A stretch of DNA of 64,000 nt from Yuukianura sp. NJ FZ-2021 (Eukaryota), in contig CM102283.1 of assembly GCA_046563655.1 (NCBI GenBank), forward strand, positions 1,860,001-1,924,000, in the 5' to 3' direction. Both the position numbers and the translations under genes were made by a program. This document shows positions 1 through 13,681 of this stretch, one piece after another; the stretch's first letter is position 1, and each line of letters starts with the position of its first letter. The notes under the pieces were generated by a model. The model had not been told where the DNA came from, made no database searches, and worked only from the letters and a program-made list of their open reading frames with translations.

Positions 1-133
1 ATTTTGGAAACAAACTTTTGAGGTCATTCAAGGTCAAGCTCAGCGGCAAATTCGTAATTTTGAGCCTGAAACGAAACAATTTAAAACGTTTTATAAAAAA
101 AAAACTTGACTTTCGTTGAAGAAAAGTTTTTTT

Positions 134-1186
134 TTACACTGCGTGCTCCCAGGAATCGGATTTCTTCGGTTCAGACAAAAAAGATGCTGCTCCGAGACTA
201 GCTTTAGAATTGTTGGTGGCAGCAGTGGCGCGAGATTTTGAATTTGCAGTACTCGATTTCCCATTAGGCGGTATTTTTGGTTGACTCGGCGGAAGCCACT
301 CTTCCCGAGCATTTCCAAACTTTACCGAACGAACTTCAGCAGCACCTCGCGTAACCGACTTTGTTGTAGGAACGAAACTCTCTTCTGAATTTGCGTTGTC
401 CAGATCTTCAAAATCTTGATCCTTCTTCTTCTTGGACAATTTTTTGGAAGATTCACGCAGCGATTTTGACATTGCTTTGGCAATTCTTTGTCGCATGGCT
501 TGGTCCATCAGGAATTGCTCAATCAAGGAAGAAGTTCGTGACGGTTCGTTGGATTCTACACGACCATGATGACTACTCTGACGGCGACTTTCTATTGGTG
601 GATACTCCGGAAGTTGTGCTTGGGTAGGTCGTCGTCGATCTTCGCGTTGAGCGGAGTACATGGCACGCAGAACGGCTTCGGTCTCTTGTTTCTGCTGAAG
701 ACATTTCGCGCCTTCACGGCGCCATTTTTCAATTCGGGCTCGTTTGGCTTCCGGACTCGTCGCGGTTTCACTGGGAATGAACGGCGGTTTCGGTGGATCG
801 TCTTCGACGTTTTCTTCGTCGTCGCGTGGCTTTGTGTTGGCTTTGGATTTGACATGGTCACTGTTCCGTCTGCTTGACTTTTCTTCCTTGGCTGCATCTT
901 TTTGCACCGCGGCGGTGTTCCCATGTGACTTTGACTTGACATGGTCACTGTGCCTTCTATTAGATTTGTCTTCGTCGGTAGTGTCACGGTGCCGGTGGGC
1001 ATGTGACGAAGACTGTTTCGTGTGTCGGGATGGCGAAGAGTCGTCGTGATTCGGACTGTGTCGCTTCGATGTCGATGCCCGTGCACCGCCACTGCTTTTG
1101 TGACTGTGATGTTTACTTTTTGAAGATTTCCGCTCATTTTCGTTCCATCCGTGATGATGGGGCTGTCGACGTTCCTTGTCGTCCAT
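134..1186 (-). CDS. Hypothetical ~350-aa low-complexity, highly charged Ser/His/Arg/Lys-rich protein (single coding exon)
   Basis: Long uninterrupted ORF. The ATG at 1186 lies just downstream of a T-rich AG acceptor near 1206. It contains an internal peptide duplication (KSNRRHSDHVKSK / KSSRRNSDHVKSK). No recognisable domain. Confidence 0.6.
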   Translation of the reverse strand: MDDKERRQPHHHGWNENERKSSKSKHHSHKSSGGARASTSKRHSPNHDDSSPSRHTKQSSSHAHRHRDTTDEDKSNRRHSDHVKSKSHGNTAAVQKDAAKEEKSSRRNSDHVKSKANTKPRDDEENVEDDPPKPPFIPSETATSPEAKRARIEKWRREGAKCLQQKQETEAVLRAMYSAQREDRRRPTQAQLPEYPPIESRRQSSHHGRVESNEPSRTSSLIEQFLMDQAMRQRIAKAMSKSLRESSKKLSKKKKDQDFEDLDNANSEESFVPTTKSVTRGAAEVRSVKFGNAREEWLPPSQPKIPPNGKSSTANSKSRATAATNNSKASLGAASFLSEPKKSDSWEHAV

Positions 1187-1806
1187 TCCACCTATCACGG
1201 ATTACTAAAAAAAAATCAAAATTCAATTTTTTTTTTAAATTACGCCATGTTTCTGAAATTTAATTTCACTTCCGAAATTCAAAAGTCGAAACTTTCAAAC
1301 AAAACGGATGTTTGTGCTTGAATTATTTGCTTCTGCAGCAACAGGATGCAAACTATATTTTGAAAGGTTAAAAATTTTATTCTTGTTCCATAATTGAAAT
1401 GTGTTAATTTTTTTCTTAATTGCAAAGGTCATTCTCTTTTTTTAAACTTTTTTTTTTGAAAACAAAACTCTTTTTAAAAAGATTTGAAAATGTTACACTA
1501 AAATAATTTGAGATTAGGGATATTTTGATCCTGACTCGTTGTTCCTTTTGGTTCCATTTCCATTTTTTAAAAACATGATTTTCAAAATTGTTAAATTCTT
1601 AAAACTCTTAAACTAAAAAATCCTACCTTTAAACTGTTTTGTTCGGGCCTTAAAATAATATTTTCTTGAAAATAACAATAACAACTCTGAAAGTTTGAGA
1701 ACATTATAAAAATGGAGTGTAAATAAAACGTTCAAACTCACAAACACTCATAAATCATAAATTATTTTTAAGTAAGAAGGCAACAGAAGAGGAAAGGAAA
1801 ACAGGC

Positions 1807-2023
1807 GGTTGGGGTAAGGACAAATTGCATCGGTTGTAACCACACAGTGTCACCCCCAACGCCATCTTTGTTGCCATCAGGTGGTTACACTAGGTGGTGA
1901 CATATAGGTATCACCACCCCTAGTTTTCGGAAATAAAACCCTGTCGCCACCGTTTGGTTACCAAAATGATGTGGTTGGTTATGCTATGTGGTTACAACCG
2001 TTGCAAGTATCCTTACTTCAACC
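1807..2023. mobile_element. MITE family A, copy 1 (~217 bp, ~40-bp imperfect TIRs)
   Basis: The left end GGTTGGGGTAAGGACAAATTGCATCGGTTGTAACCACACAG is an imperfect inverted repeat of the right end CTATGTGGTTACAACCGTTGCAAGTATCCTTACTTCAACC. Related copies lie at ~15505 and ~57260. Confidence 0.7.
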
Positions 2024-2185
2024 AAACGGCCCAAAGAAAGAAACATTTGAAACTGCCTCTCAATGCTCTTCTTCTGTTCTCTTTTCCTTTGTCCTAAGAA
2101 ACTACGGTGGTGACGGTGGTTAAGGTGGTTGATGGTGGCTCAAAGTATTCAAAAGTGGTGGCGGCGGAAGAATTAAAAGAGAATT

Positions 2186-5100
2186 TTAATGATCTCCTCG
2201 AAGTAGCTCAAAGAGTAAGTTGAAACCGGAAGAATCTTCTGTTTTGGCTGTTAGCATGTCTTTCCCAACCTGAGAAAAATAACAAAAACAACATTTTTTA
2301 CTCATTCAGGTTGAACTCTCACCACAAAACTATTTTTCTTCCATTTTAACGATGTTTTGTAAACAACATTTTTAATTAAAAGTGAAACTCACTTGGCAAA
2401 TTCGTTGAAGCTCAGGAATTTTGAGAAGCAGTTCTCCAAATTTGGACGGAGACTCGGGACACCGGGCGATTGTGTAGGTTTGTAAACATTGTAAAAGCCT
2501 CTCTTGAGATTCACGCACCTTGTTCCCCTCTTGAAGTTCATCCACTTCTACAAAATTCAAAATCAAAATATGAAAAATCAAAATTTTCTATTTTTTTTAA
2601 CTTTTTGACAAACTTTCAAAAATATTTGGCAATTTCACAGGAAAACTGACCTGATGACATGAGAATAATAACTTTGAGAGCAGCGTACTCCACTGTATCG
2701 AGACGCAGTCGCCTCAAATTATCTGCAAAGTGGATCATGCGCGTAATGCACTGATTCCCATGGGCATCGTCCTCTCTCAAGGTCAACCGCTCATTAATTC
2801 GAATGTGACCCGACGGCATTGGAATAGAACGGTAGCAACAGGAGAACAGGAGAAGCTCACACCAAGAATTGAGTAACAATTTAGTCTGGTCCTCAACCTG
2901 AACAATAAAAAAACAAGGTATCAAATTCCTGTTTCCAAAATCAAAATCTCAATTTCTTCAAAATTGAACATCTTAAGCTCCTACCTGGATATTTTTAAAA
3001 AGCGGAAGCGATTTGCACCATTTGACGAGACGGTAGAGACGTCGATCAGCCGCTGAGCAGAGTTCAGCCAAGTAATCAGCCGCTCTCGTGCTGTTTCCAT
3101 TCGTATTTGTACTCGAAGTTCCCCGGGAGGACGGAAGGTCACCTAAAGTGAGCGGATCTCCTTCAGCCGATAAGTGCCACAGAGATTCACACTCGACAAT
3201 TTCTTTCAGTAGATTTGGAATTTCCCATGTCACGGCACTGTTTGGACTGGATTGGGGGCAGGGGTCACCGGACGAAGAAAACGGACCACCAGAGGTCACG
3301 GGTGGCAGGGAATAGCTGCATGCATACGTACTCCTCCCACCCCTTGTTCTATCCTCCCGAATCGCTAAAAAACAAAAACAAAATTGTAATTTCAAATTAT
3401 CACCAAGAAAAAGCCATTCATTCCCTTAAAAAGAGCATCCACAAAACCAGCTCAGGCTTTTTGAAAAGACTTCTTCGTCGGATACCGTAAAACTTCTAAT
3501 AAGCTCCCGATTTTTACTAAAAATCTAAATTCTGAGTTACTAACCCCTGGCGCTTTTTCGCTAGTTAGAAACCCGGGTTTATTAGAAGTTTTACGGTAAA
3601 CTCATCATGTTGAGAGCCTCCTTTAAGCAAATGGAGTCTCTCCACAAGGTAAACTCAAGGCAATAAACTTCTTGAGTGCGTTTGCTTTTTGGTCATTTGG
3701 AAGATGTAAGATGGAAGAGATGCAAATGTGATAAAAACGACTGACTGTTGTGTTGCGTTTGTACTTAAAAAGGCTTTGTTCCGAAGAGAGGTGACTGAGG
3801 AGAGGCACGCAGAGGAGGGGCATTGCTATTACGCCGCTCAAGGTCATTCCCTCGGTTCAATTCCCAACAAAGGCAAAGAATAAAAAAAAATTACACGTGG
3901 TTCTCCAAAATCATAAAATTATTCCCTGCTTGGCGCATTGTCAAATTTTTAAAAGTAACAAAAGAGCATTTTCTGAAAAACTTTCTGAGAAACTGTGATG
4001 AATCGTGTGGAATTGAACAATGGAAGCCGCACACACTTCTTTGACCTCACAAATCTCACCCCGGCAGTCGTGAAATTCAAAATTTTGAGATAACAGACAA
4101 CCTAGTAATTCAAAATTTTGAAAATTTTCGTTAACTCTCACCTTCCAATTTCATTCCGACTCTAAGGCACTTGTCGAACCGACAACCCGGACACTTTTTC
4201 CTAGTAGACACAGCGACCTGAAAAGAACAAAGACAATACGAGGTCAAACTTGAGACTTGATAATTGAAGACTTAAGTAAAGTGTTAGGTAGCGGGAAATT
4301 GAATTTGGAATTCAAAATGGCAGTGGCTTACATGGCACGAAGCTCCGCGAAGGCACACATAATTCTTGCGATTTTGAACTGTTCTCTTGAAGAAGCCTTT
4401 ACAAGACTCACATGAGAAGATCCCGTAGTGAAACCCTGAGATACGATCACCACAGATTGGACAGGGACTGTAATTATTAAATTTCAAACAAAAGAATTAC
4501 AAACTCAGACTCTCAATTTTCATCTTTCATCTGCTCAGTAAAAAGTACAACACAGATCAAACGATTACCGAAAGCATACTTATCAAGTAACAACTTTGTG
4601 CCGCGAAAATGTAAATTTCAAAACAAAAAACTACACTTTTCAAACTTTTTCCAGTTAAAAACTAACCTGTTGATTAACTGCTGTCGAGATACCCCAGAAG
4701 TCAAATTGGACGTAAGTAATACTTCTTGTTGGTCAGCATCTAAAATCACAAAGTAAATGTAGTCAGCATTTTTTGTTGTCACATTATTCAGACGGGAGGT
4801 CACGGGTCATCTTGGTCAAGGATCTTGTTTGCCAGGATAACGGGTCAATTTGGTCAAAGGTCAACCGGTCAACGGTTAAAATGAATCTTGGTCAGAATAG
4901 AGAATATCCAAAATCCAAACTTCCCACAAGATTCAAATTCCAGAAGAAATTATTGTCAACTTTTTGAACTTTTTTTTTGCCTACATTTGACATTTTGAGT
5001 CAAAATTTTTGACTTACCAAAATCTTCAACTTTGATTCGATTTTGATTATGAGTGAGGAGGGGAGAGTTGGATGGTGACGGTGGCGTAGTATTGTTGGAC

Positions 5101-6027
5101 GACGACGAGAAGCTCCGTTGCGACGCATCCGAATTGTGACGAGAGAGATTTGAGGACGGAGTAGACCAGCCGCCAAGGGCCGAGTCCGGTGAATGCGGAA
5201 TCCTCGGAAAGGAGAGATTCATCGGTGGTTGGCCGTTGGATATGGACTGAGGGAGACAAGGGCCTCCGTTGGTCGTTGCCAAAGTGGTGTTGACATTGTT
5301 ATTATTGCAGGAGCTATTATTAGCATTGAGGAGGATCTTGTTGTTATTCCCCGGATGATTCGGGGGGAGAGAGGTGGGGAGTTGGGGCGGGTGGATTGAA
5401 GTAGGTGCAGCAGTGGCAATGAGGCTAACGGTAGTGCCAGTGGGCATTGAGGAGCTTGACCTTGCATTGTTGCTGGGGTGAGTCGTGAAGTTTGAGATAC
5501 GGGAAATGCCTGAGCCTGTACTAGAGGACAGCGTGACCAATGGGCGCGTGAGAGGGTGAAGGTCAGCGGTTATGACGGAACCCAACAGGTCAAGTCCGTG
5601 GTAGTCTTCGCTGTTTCTTCTGGGCGAGTGCTTGATGTAGAATGAGTGCTGGGTCTTTGGTTTTAGTCGCTCCTCGGGTTCTTCGTCTTCGTCGTCAGCT
5701 CGGCTGATTGGTTTCGGAGAACTGAATTCAACGTCTTCATTTATAACGACTTCAACTCCGACATCGTGCTCCTAGTTTAAAAAAGAAAGATCAGGTCATA
5801 CTTTTACACTTCATTTAAGTTTGAGATTTGTTATAGAAAACGATTTTCAAACGTTTTACCTCAACTTCGTCACCTTCCTCCTCCGACAGTTCACCGTCCC
5901 ACGACATTGGCCTTGGAATGTCATGCCGAAGGCCTTCGTGGTTTCGGTGTTGCACATGATGATCTTCATCCTCCGACTGAGAAATCCTGGCAATTTCTTC
6001 GTCACATTCCGTCTCAATGTCGTCCAT
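2186..6027 (-). CDS. Hr39: Nuclear hormone receptor HR39 (FTZ-F1 beta, NR5B)
   Basis: In-frame GT-AG exons: 6027-5860, 5771-5018, 4739-4667, 4467-4332, 4217-4142, 3364-2985, 2897-2651, 2547-2393, 2269-2186. [38 protein letters not shown]1 box [15 protein letters not shown]-terminal [13 protein letters not shown] ending [12 protein letters not shown]. The start is tentative because an acceptor at ~6123 allows an upstream exon. Confidence 0.93.
3485..3596. mobile_element. Tc1/mariner-type (pogo/Tigger-like) MITE in an HR39 intron
   Basis: Perfect 18-bp TIR CCGTAAAACTTCTAATAA...TTATTAGAAGTTTTACGG, flanked by TA on both sides. Confidence 0.85.
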
Positions 6028-6326
6028 TCTCGTGAGTTTGAGGTCAATGTCGCCGTGGAGTTTGAGGTCAATGTCACCGTGGGATGATGGCGGAAGTTTT
6101 GACGGTAGGGAAAGGGCCAACCCTAGTTACATCAACATAGTTAAGTTTTAGTTTTACATAACTTTAGAAAAGTTCGTGATCACTGTCTGATTAGTTTCAC
6201 TTTAGTTAAACTTTAGAGGTCGTCTGGTGCAACTTTGAATTATGCATCAGCTGCTGGCCTGCTCACCGTCTGTAGCTAATACACTAAAACTATAATTTTA
6301 ATGGGAATCAATGAGAGTGAACTCAT

Positions 6327-6423
6327 CCAAGGTCAAGTTCAAGGTCAACTGACAGCTCAAAGTTCAGTAGCTGACCATTCACCCTCTGTCGCTCACTGTC
6401 ATATAAAACTTATCTCAAGGTCA
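6327..6423. promoter_or_regulatory. Cluster of three FTZ-F1/NR5-type sites (YCAAGGTCA) upstream of the HR39 coding start
   Basis: CCAAGGTCA at 6327, TCAAGGTCA at 6339 and 6415. Function is not demonstrated. Confidence 0.35.
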
Positions 6424-9400
6424 TAACCTTCCTCAAGAACACAACACAACGAGCTGGTTCTTGGTAAAAATCAATGCTAAATTGGAGTGCAAAAATAGCT
6501 TTTTGGGGAAATAACTGTGAAACGACGGAATGAAGAGGCGTGTCGGTGCAACTCTCATGCAATATGGCCTTCATCAAAATTTTGAATGTCGAGTTGAATT
6601 AAAAAGAGAAAGTTAATCTGAGTCACAAAAGGCAAATTTTGGAATTGATGAATCAGCGAATCAGCCTTATTCATCTGTTCCAAAAAAAACGTTTTTTGGG
6701 ACAAAGAAATGATGCAGCGCACGGTATGTCGAGGCTCGAGGGAGACATAAAAAAAAATTAGTGACTCACCTTTCCCCTTCCGTTGTTTGTTGATTTAGTT
6801 CTACTTAGAGTCCTTCAACCTGACTTCCGGTAAACGCAATTGTACTGGATGTCGGTGTCGAAAGCCGGAACGGTAACGGAAACGATACTTTGAACAAAAG
6901 GAAAGATACTTGAGTGACCAATAGTAGACTCCACTAGAACATGTGTTTAGTCACTGTCACTTACATCACTGGGGAAGATGACAAGATGAGAACGTGATTT
7001 GACCTTAGTCGATTTACGATGAACCGGGTAGTGACTAATTCTGGAATTTCTGAACAAAAGGTGGCCGTTTCGTTTCACTTTCGTTCGAATAGATTCTCGG
7101 TTCATTAGACCTAAAATAACAAATGGTTACGGTGCAACAACGATTGGATTGTAAAAAACACAAATCACTTGTTGTTCACTTTACGCTGATTGTTGATTCA
7201 TTTGTGAATTGTGATGATAAGTGAATGACGACGACGATGATGATGCTGATGAAAGGAGGACGTTGACTTGACTTTTGTCCCTTCACAACAGTTTGCACTT
7301 AACACTCGCTTGTCTTGTACTGTGCAGCAACACTTCAACAAAAGATGCCAATTAAACTTTAGTTGGGTTGGTTTGGTTATATGCTCAATCAGAAATGATA
7401 GTCTTGTGAGAGTGACCTTGTCCTTGACGACAGCTTTGTCCTAGAACCCGACTTCATGTTCCTTGTTGCCTTGCTCTTGACTCGTCACAATCGCACTTAA
7501 CTTTCCGTAAACTGTCAATTGTCAAACCACTTTGACGACAACTGAGCAGGGAGGGAGGCTGCTGCTGTGTTGTTGCTGTCTGTAAGTTCTGGTTTGTTGT
7601 TAAGTCGTGTAGCACATCAAGAAGAACCTCCTCTTCCGTAGTGTTAATTATCCTTGGCTTAATCCTATTTGAAAGATGATTGTTGAGGTTATTGTTCACT
7701 GTGAGACATTTTGGGGCTGAATAAATAGAGGGCATAGCTCTAAAGGCTAGCCTCTGTTGTCGTTGCGTACCTGATGATGGGATAAAGTATTATCCCTGAC
7801 TTTGGTGGCTGGACTGGATGGATTTTGTTGCGGGTAGTACAGAGTGTACCACCGTCGCTTTCGTGTAGGACGATAGTTAGAACAGGGGAAATCGCGGTGA
7901 TCGTTGTGGATAGAACTTAAACTGCCATATCCGACTGCCAACAGCCCAATGTCCTTTGCCTGGCCCTGGCAATGAAGGTGTCTGTGCCATTTGTTCCACT
8001 CCTGCTTAAAAAGATAGGGAGTTGTTATAAGTTTCCAAACCCAAAAGGTGTCCACAACCCTCTTTGTTCGTGGATCATGGTTTTACTTACTACTTGGATA
8101 TTGCAGACGAATACATGGCCAGATATAACCTCATCCGTTCGTGCCTGGCTCTGCGATGAATGATGCGAAGTGTTTCGCTATGACTTTCGTCTGCCCCTTC
8201 TTTCCTTGTCTCTGTCTCAGTAACCTTGCATTCATTCCATCCGAAACTCAGTCTAAAAAACAAAGAAAAGTACAACCAAAACAATCTCCAATGTCTATTC
8301 TTTCAAAAACAGTACTTACGAACCGTGTTGATGTGCATTTCACCTTGCCTTATGATTGGACGTCATCCTTAACTAATGCTGGCCTGAGATTAGACAAGGA
8401 CATCCTAAGAAACTTAAACGGAAAATATTTTATGATCTTTACGATAAAGACTGTTTACTTTTTACAGAAAGTTTACCTATGTCATATGTCAGGTAAGTAA
8501 CACAAGGTCAGCATGTCGAGGTCAACAAGTCGAGGTCAATGATCAGGTCGTCGTCAGCCGAATCCGAAATCTATCCAGTTGTAAATCAGAAAACGAAAAA
8601 ACGATGAAACGAAACGATCCTCCCGGTGGAATCCAGAAAGCGAAAGCAAGAACCGATTTTTAATTGTTGAGGAGCAAAAAAGTTTGAAAACAAAAACAAC
8701 AAATGTGTTCCCGCGTTTTTATTGATTCGCAATAAAATTTAACGTCCCTAACTTTTAGTTTACGTTGTTAATTGAACCAGTTACTTTTCATTATTTAACG
8801 TAAGCTGCAATTAACGTTCTAATTAAAACGATTAACGACCAAACTAATTAGTTTGAGTAAATGGCGACTATTAAATCCAAAAAACAGGCGCCAAATAGTT
8901 AAATCATATAAAGTAAAATGTGTCTGTCTGTTTGTCTGTCACCAGCCAAGGTTTGTGCAGAAATGACCTTGACCTTGACGTCTGCTAACCGCAAAGCTTC
9001 ATCATGACTTTTTAAGAAAAAGTTTTCGTTTACTGCACTTTGAACATTTCTAACACTTTGGCTTTGTGAACTTTGGGAGTTGAAATGTGACCTCATAAGG
9101 GTGCTTAAAATCAAAACCAAAAGAAGATCAAGAAGAAGAATGTCGTTATATTTTTAGAACCTCCATAATAAATTGTAATTGGACTCTTTATGTCTTGAAC
9201 ATTCAAACTTTCCCGCCCGCCCACGCACGCTTCTTTCTGAATGTGATCTTGTGACTACTTTGTCTCTTCGTCTGGATCTTCCTGGAGCAGGGTACCTTCA
9301 GCATTAAAGTGTCAAATGGAAATAGTGCTATGGATGTTATAAAGTTCTCGGTTGGCAGTGTGCGTGGGACGGTGGACATGTTGACTTGTTGAAAAGTTGC

Positions 9401-12400
9401 CAAATCTCTCCACGGTCTACGACAAGCACTTACTTCCTTTTATGCCAATGTCACCAGACGCTGCTGCACCATCACATTTTATTCCATCAGACAAAAACCT
9501 AACACCCACTGTTTCCTCCCATAAAGCAGCCAACTTCAGTTTTCCAAGGTCACGAAGGTCAACTTTCGCTTTTCAAAAAGGAACGTGTACTATCACGCTA
9601 ATTTCCAGCGCCATCTACTGGCTTCTGCTTGTTTTTCTCTCCGCGGGAAACGTCTTAAAACGTTTTGCAAAAGAGTGCAACGTTTGATCTAAATTTTAAA
9701 ACGTTTTGAAAGCGTTTCGCCAGCCTGCAAAAGCCTGACAAGGATTGTATCGTTTTGCGAGAAAAAAAAAGCTTCAAAAAAAAATTTTTTTTTTAACTTT
9801 TGGCAAAATTGTTCGAAAAAATTGCGCTTTTTCCTGAAAGAATTTTGGAATTCCACCACAATGCAGCATTCCAGTAATAATGTCGTCGTTTTCCCATCAA
9901 CATATTTAAAAAAAATAAAAAATTTATGAGTTATCTTACCGCATACACGCGTCTAATTTTCATCCAAAGCTGTTAATAATTTTTAGTAAAAAAAAATTCA
10001 AACAAAAATTTCTTCTGGATTATTTTTAAGTTAAGAATTCTGAATTTTTTTCAGAAGATGTTGTGTTAGGTTAGGAAATGTTGAAGTTACAACGCATAAG
10101 AAGAGTTGGACTTGAGACATTGCGCATGTCCGTTGACCATGAAAAGATACAAGGTTGTTGAGTTAAGTTTTAGAGATAGGTTTGGGTTAAAGTGGCGAAT
10201 AATTTGGGAAGAGGAAGGGAGATTCCCGTTAATTGTGTGATGATGTGCCATAAAGTTTAAACTGTGCAGAATATTAGCACACTCACTTCAAGTGGTTTTG
10301 GTGTGCTAACTGGGAGGGAAGCACCATTTCATTAGCAAGTTCTGTATGCACAGTATACCAGGGACACACGGAGTGACATTGACATTGGGGGAGGAGCTAC
10401 AGAAAGAGGTCAATGACCCGTTACCTCCTTCACTCATAGTTAGTGCACGGCAAACTTTCAAACTTTGCCTCCAAAGTCAACTTCTGCAACGGGCTCTCAG
10501 AGTCATGGCCGGACGAACTGAAAAATTTTGGCACCCACGACTGCCAAATTTCCAAATTAAAAAAGCCAATTTCGAAAAAAGAGGAAAAAACAATTTAGAA
10601 GACCGAAAAACGTCAATTTTAAGCAGAAGTTGAAAAAAATGCGAAAACTTTAATTTCCTTCATGGGATTGTTTTTGCAGAAAAATTTAAATTCTACGCGC
10701 GTCTGAAAAAGTTGAAAGACAGACAGCTTGGCAACTGTTTTTTTTTCGTCGGTCGCACAAAAACGATTTTATTCAAAGCTGTTTTTTGCGCCAAAATTTT
10801 TTGAAACCTTATCACGCAAAGGTTGTCAAAGGTCAAGGTCACGACTATAATAACTTTAATTACTTTGACTTTGTTTCTTTCATGAGCTGCAAAATTTCAA
10901 AAAAGTTTTTGCAAACTGTTCAACCGTCATGAAAATTAATTTGCAAAACAGAAGACATACGTATGCAAAATTTATTTGCAAAAGCCTACCCCGTTATTTT
11001 CGCACATGAGAATAAATGTGATGACTGACGGGCACGGTAGCGTCTTTTTCCCCGTTAGAAATAAGTCTCAAATGCAAAGTCAACTTTGTGCAAAATTATT
11101 TGCACAATACTTTGCCTAACCCAAGATTTGCAAAATTTTTGCAAATTTATTGGCTTCATTCATAAACTGCCAAATTGCTACAGGAAAAAAAAAAGAATTG
11201 CTGTCAGGGGATGAATGAATCACTTTTCCGAAGTTTGCAAAAAATTTCCCTCCGTATTTGCACCAATTAATAACTGGGATTTGCAATATTGCAAAAATTG
11301 CAACTTCAAAAAACTTGCAACCGAAATTTTGAAAAAAAGATTTATAACTTTCATAAAGCAGAACCTGTTGTTAAAATGAGAACTCTGCAAAAAATGTTCG
11401 GTGTTTTGCGAAACAAAATTGAATGAAGAAAGTTTACGAACCATGGTGTATAATTATTTTAAATTTTGTGAAATGAATCCAATTTCAAACAATTTTCTGG
11501 AGCTGAATCATCTTTTCCAATTTCATTCATAAATCAAATCTTAATTTCGCCAATTCCCGATTTTTTGTGCCATTTTCAAAAATCCTGAGCCTGAGGCCTC
11601 CATCCCTATAAAAGTTTATTGAATCTTTCAATCCTGGTTGAAACTTTTATTTTTGCAAAATTGTGAAGTTTATCTTTGCACAATTGATGATCCCTTGTTC
11701 CTTTTTCAAGGTCAAAATTCACAATCTCTCAGCGGAGGTCCTTTGCAGCTTCATTAGAGAAACCTTGTGAAACAAAGAAATTCGAAGAAATCTTTGTTTG
11801 TTTGCAAAAAATTTCGCAGATTGCAAAAAATTTGACCTTACCTGGTGCAGGAGGTACTTTAGGGTACTTTTCAGAATCAGCATTTTTGCAACATCGCGAA
11901 AATTTAGGAGCGCCTACACGTTTATTTAGTTTTTTTTTGTTTTTGCAAATTAATTGAATCGACAATTTCCTTATTACGTCAATTCCATATTTTATTTGCG
12001 CCAATTACACAACAACCATTTAAAATCTCTGAGGCGTTGCAAAAAAAAAATTTTTGCAAAAACTTTTCGCATGTGTGAAATTTAATTAAGGGTGAAAACA
12101 ATTGGCGTTTAACAATGCTTTTTTTTTAAGTTACAAGCTTGTTCCTCAACAAAGTTTAACGAAGTTCAACAAACTTTTTTTCACACAAAAATTTAAAATT
12201 TTGAAAAAAAAAGTAAAGAATTAAAACTGGTTCATTTTTATTTTGTCGTTTTTATACCACTCAAAGCCAGATTGTTTCCACCAAGAATTTGACATTTGAC
12301 CTCAAACTTTAAACAACTCAAAAAACTAAACTAAAAATTGTAAGTTACGACATTTTTGCGACGTAATCATCAAATTAAAAATTCAAATATCTCCCGCCAC

Positions 12401-13681
12401 AATGAGTCACAAACAAAATTTTCATTGCATTTCCACTGAAAAACACAGGATAGCCTAACTTTTTGGAATTTAGGAATTCACTTTTTCGAGAAGTTACTGA
12501 ATTTCGAAAGGTTGGTACTATTTTGACATGTTTTGAGTTACAATTTGTGTGAAGGGTGAAAGGTCACATAATGCTTTTGGGTTGAGTGGTTGAATGAACA
12601 TGGAAAAGGCTGGGAATTGTGGTGGCTTAACAGGTGTGTATAATTTTTGCATTAATTTTCCACAGTTTTTGCACAGAATCATAACTCTGAATTCGCGAAA
12701 TTTTTTGCGAATTGGCCATTTTTTGCTAAATTGCGAGAACCCAAGCTCGCTGAACCCGCCATGGTGGGGTGGGTGTATCCTAATAATGGTTTTGCCTCCT
12801 TCCGCCAAGGACAAGGTCATCGGCAGAGGTACTGCCAGACATTGCATCGCCACTTCTGCTTCCCTTGTGATGTCAAGGAGCTTATAAGAGTGGCAACAGG
12901 CACTTAAAGGTGGTTAAACAACTTTGCAAAAAATGAAATGAAAAAACACGTTTTGGAAGATCTATTTACATCGATGAGTCAAAGGGGGAGCGGATACTGC
13001 TAAAAAACAAATTCAAAATGGGTGAAACGATACATTTTCATTAAAAAAAACTCAAAGGATAAGTATTTAAAAGTATAAGGATAAAGTGTTAAAAAAGGTA
13101 CAAAATTTAGAAAAACGGACAACTTTCTTTTCCAGCTTCTTAAAATTCAAGATGATGTTGTGTTCAATTTAAACTGGAAAGAACTTTTACGAGAAAACAT
13201 TTTTTGTTTGAGTTTTTAACCGGCGTTCCTCCTTACTAATGACTATGATATGATGATGGGGTGAAAAATGATTCTTTCTCAGTTCATACTTTTGGGAAAA
13301 CATTTAAACACCTATTAGATATTTGTTAGCATATTTTTTTATTTTTAAAAAGCATTATTTTTATAACTCTTTTAATATTTGATTTTAATGTTTATTTGCT
13401 AGTGTTCAAAAAATTTTGCGGACCCGCTTTATGTCTGTTTGAGATTTGACAAAAAGGCGCCTAACTGATACATTTGAATATTTGAATTCTTTTGTTTTGT
13501 TTCTTTTTGATTTTTTTTGCCGCGCGCCAACGATTGTGTCTGTAAGTAAATTATTGAAGGTTTTACAATTAATTAATTGAACATGAACTAATTATTAAGT
13601 TAATTGAAGTTTTAATTGGTGGGATTAATTAGACTCGAGAAGGATACGTTTCGGTAAGCTTGCGACGCTGAAAAGTAGGAA

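Noticed and set aside
7454-8500. Several 60-120-aa ORFs in a GC-balanced patch upstream of HR39
   Set aside because: No recognisable domain or consistent splice structure. It may be UTR or a decayed element and cannot be identified by eye.
8900-8945. Helitron-like 5' end (ATATAAAGTAAAATGTGTCTGTCTGTTTGTCTGTC)
   Set aside because: No matching 3' hairpin/CTRR end could be found, so it is too weak to call.
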